Below are positions 61,991 through 63,193 of a stretch of DNA of 63,193 nt, piece by piece. A model generated the notes under the pieces. That model was not told the origin of the DNA and ran no database searches. It saw nothing but the letters and a program-made list of their open reading frames with translations. The DNA is from Chloroflexota bacterium (lineage in GTDB: Bacteria; Chloroflexota; UBA11872; VXNJ01), in the NCBI GenBank assembly GCA_030744875.1, contig JASLPR010000030.1:1-63193 (forward strand), in the 5' to 3' direction. The position numbers were made by a program, and so were the translations under genes. Position 1 is the stretch's first letter, and each line of letters opens with the position of its first letter.

Positions 61991-62835
61991 GGGTACTCGC
62001 GCAGCGGCGGGGTGTTGGGCGGGCCGGCGGGCTCGTCTTTGCGCATTACCGCCTGGATTTTATGGGTCACCGAGTCAACCAGTTGTACCGACATCCCGCC
62101 GTCGACCGGCAGGGCGACGCCGGTGACGAAGGCGGCGTCGTCGGAGACCAGGTAGCGGACCGCGGCGGCGATGTCGTGGGGACGGCCGACCCGGCGCAAC
62201 GGGTAGATGGCCTCATTTAGCTTGGCCTGCTCGTCGGTGCCAAAGGCGGCCGCCTCGCGGCGATTGGAAACGATGAAGCCGGGGCAGATGGCGTTGACGC
62301 GGATGTTCTCCGATCCCAGGTCGAGGGCCGACTGGCGGGTCAGGCCGAGGACGGCGTGCTTGCAGGTGTCGTAGACGACGTGCCGCTCGGCGGCCAGGAA
62401 GCCGTGCACCGAGGATATGTTGACGATGGCCCCGCCGCCGACCCGGCGCATTTCGGGCACGGCCAGCTTCATACCCAGCGCCACCGCGCGGACGTTCACC
62501 GCCAGGCCTTCGTCCCAGCGCTCTACCGTTTCCTCGGCCACCGTGCCAGTGCGCCCGACGATCGCCGCGTTGTTGACCAGGATGTCCAGCCGGCCGAACT
62601 CGGCGACGGTAGTGGTGACCATCCGCTCGATCTGCGCCGGCTCGGCGAGATCGGTTTCCAGGAACAGCGCGCGGTGGCCGTCGGCGCGGACGGCGGCGGC
62701 CAGCGCCTGGCCCATCTCACTCTCGATATCAGCCACTGTGACCGCCGCGCCGGCGAGCGCCAGCTCCCAGGCGACCGCGTGGCCGATCCCCTGCGCCGCG
62801 CCGGTGACGATCGCGACCTTACCGTCCAGACCCAT
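61987..62835 (-). CDS. SDR family oxidoreductase
   Basis: TGAAQGIG, NNAA, ISS, YDTCK, IRVNAICPG, VDGG. Confidence 0.92.
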   Translation of the reverse strand: MGLDGKVAIVTGAAQGIGHAVAWELALAGAAVTVADIESEMGQALAAAVRADGHRALFLETDLAEPAQIERMVTTTVAEFGRLDILVNNAAIVGRTGTVAEETVERWDEGLAVNVRAVALGMKLAVPEMRRVGGGAIVNISSVHGFLAAERHVVYDTCKHAVLGLTRQSALDLGSENIRVNAICPGFIVSNRREAAAFGTDEQAKLNEAIYPLRRVGRPHDIAAAVRYLVSDDAAFVTGVALPVDGGMSVQLVDSVTHKIQAVMRKDEPAGPPNTPPLREYP

Positions 62836-62972
62836 CGTGCCCCCTGTGTCTTGCGAGTTTCGTTGACTGTACCCGACCGCGCTGGCCGGGCATGCAGGAT
62901 ATGACGTGGAGGCAGGCGGCGCTAGAATCGGGCTCGCTTTGACGGCAACCACACAACAGGACGGGACGACTT

Positions 62973-63193
62973 ATGGGAGTACTGGATGGCCAGGTGGCGG
63001 CGATCACCGGCGCGGGTACCGGGATTGGCGTCGGGATCGCGCGGCGCTTCGCCGCCGAGGGCGCGACGGTGGTGATAAGCGCCTACAACAGCTTCGAAGG
63101 CTGTGAGGCGCTGGCGGCCGAGATCAATGCCGACGGTGGGTCCGCCCTGGCGCTGAAGCTGGACTTTCGCCAGGCGGCCAGCGCCCGGGCGAT
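62973..63193 (+). CDS. SDR family oxidoreductase, N-terminal part (runs off window)
   Basis: Manual translation gives MGVLDGQVAAITGAGTGIGVGIARRFAAEGATVV. Confidence 0.85.
   Translation, partial: MGVLDGQVAAITGAGTGIGVGIARRFAAEGATVVISAYNSFEGCEALAAEINADGGSALALKLDFRQAASARA

Overview
High-GC bacterial chromosomal window. Gene content and protein style are consistent with Chloroflexota, possibly Dehalococcoidia/SAR202-like, but this is inference. In order, it carries: the 5' part of a caa3-type cytochrome c oxidase operon (ctaG-coxB-coxA-coxC); a Tat-lipoprotein ABC solute-binding protein; a DtxR/MntR regulator with feoAB; several cation/proton antiporters; dispersed carbohydrate and sugar-acid genes (GH172, UxaE, GH4, GH127, an enolase-superfamily enzyme, split transketolase, SDRs); and housekeeping genes (PPi-type pfk, accAD, comF, moaC, gyrA, mnmG, rodZ-like, rimO). 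Four loci stand out. (1) A metallophosphoesterase-dop-modifier-pafA operon encodes a divergent, Lys-rich 60-aa modifier ending in GGE, with no proteasome or ARC/Mpa genes in the window. (2) A ~545-nt intergenic unit with a sigma70 promoter, dense hairpins, an internal repeat and a UUCG intrinsic terminator is a candidate large ncRNA. (3) A four-gene operon before rodZ-rimO encodes three apparently paralogous 2-TM proteins, one fused to an HflK-like SPFH domain. (4) A ClpC-like ATPase has an RGG-rich N-terminus and a degenerate second ATPase module, and lies between a Flp-pilin-like gene and comF. Many frameshifts, in-frame TAA stops and gene remnants indicate genome erosion and/or assembly error. 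All calls come from reading motifs by eye; no database searches were run.
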